Below the pieces are notes generated by a model. That model saw nothing but the letters and a program-made list of their open reading frames with translations. It was not told where the DNA came from and did not search any database. DNA of 64,000 bases from Eledone cirrhosa (taxonomy: Eukaryota). The stretch covers positions 47,120,001-47,184,000 of the forward strand of contig OZ024742.1 of assembly GCA_964016885.1 (NCBI GenBank), given 5' to 3'. How positions within the stretch are numbered: position 1 is the stretch's first letter; each line of letters opens with the position of its first letter. Position numbers and translations under genes: made by a program. Of the stretch, positions 63,194 through 64,000 are shown piece by piece.

Positions 63194-63301
63194 ATAGTGA
63201 GTCTTGTAAATATGGAGTTTTATGTGTTTATCACAGGGTCATTAGATGTCTGATGACCTTGTGCTAAAACGGCGAAACTCCAGAGTAACAAGACTCACTA
63301 T
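63194..63301. ncRNA. Older fold-back palindrome with a hammerhead (plus arm 63247-63290 has an intact core; the minus arm is decayed)
   Basis: UGU-CUGAUGA-C..C-GAAACUC CA GAGUA-ACA. The left arm atagtgagtcttgt..ggagttt..cacagggtcattaga is a diverged reverse complement. 2-nt spacer. Confidence 0.75.
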
Positions 63302-63372
63302 TTACCGTTAATTAAATGAATATTTAAACTCTACATCCGTATTGAGAACTAATTTCTCTCAGCCGTCAATTT

Positions 63373-63425
<53 letters not shown>

Positions 63426-64000
63426 ATATATATATATATATATACATTCCAAAATAAAGTGTGGTTACCTAGAAAACACTAACAACAGAAAAGGTGTCAT
63501 ATAGAGAATAACATTGAAAAAAAAAAAAAACACGTAAACATTTATGATACTAAGCCAGAAAATGAAAATCTAACTTCGAACAATTATGTTTTAAATCACA
63601 GTATTCTTCCGGTTTTGACACTGTAATCTGTACAAAGACCTTCCATTTTCCTCATTCTTCTATGATATGTTTGAAATCTATTTTAACTATCGATCGATTT
63701 GTTGAAAAATACGTCATATATATTGAAAACGAATAGGTTTAATTTCAACAGAACATTACCGACGTGAAATCAAATATTGCCAATACACAAGATACTCTAG
63801 TTTGTAATTTCATTTTGATATATTATAAACAGAAAACTCAATATTTCTCTAACATTCCTTGTTTTCTATTATGTACTTCATATTAATATTTTAATTATTT
63901 ATTCATCAATCCCTTAATTTAAATATGTTGGGAATTAATTATAGCATTCAGCTTTGATAATTTTCAAATTAAAACAGTTTACATGCTTCTCGTTAATAAT

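Overview
This is AT-rich, microsatellite-dense eukaryotic DNA with no host protein-coding exon that I can support. The tRNA-headed SINEs resemble those I know from octopus genomes, so a coleoid cephalopod source is inferred but not proven. Everything recognisable is mobile DNA. (1) A ~12 kb head-to-tail pile-up (41.4-53.1 kb, all minus strand) of R4/Dong-clade RLE non-LTR retrotransposons from at least three lineages, each bounded by (TAA)n. It includes one near-intact copy whose 1130-aa ORF is split by a single homopolymer base, and whose apparent 1.74 kb 5' leader holds three ~330 bp tandem monomers inside a candidate GT-AG intron. (2) About 16 type I hammerhead ribozyme motifs from many small non-coding families sitting in (TA)n tracts, plus a Penelope-like GIY-YIG 3' fragment. 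Three of these loci are fold-back palindromes carrying a hammerhead on each strand, and one looks like a 455-nt retrozyme-like unit. (3) A decayed Ty3/Gypsy element, RTE LINE fragments, RTE-like non-autonomous elements with structured 5' ends, two hAT MITEs with 8-bp TSDs and many SINEs. All folds and alignments were done by eye, and the boundaries of decayed repeats are approximate.
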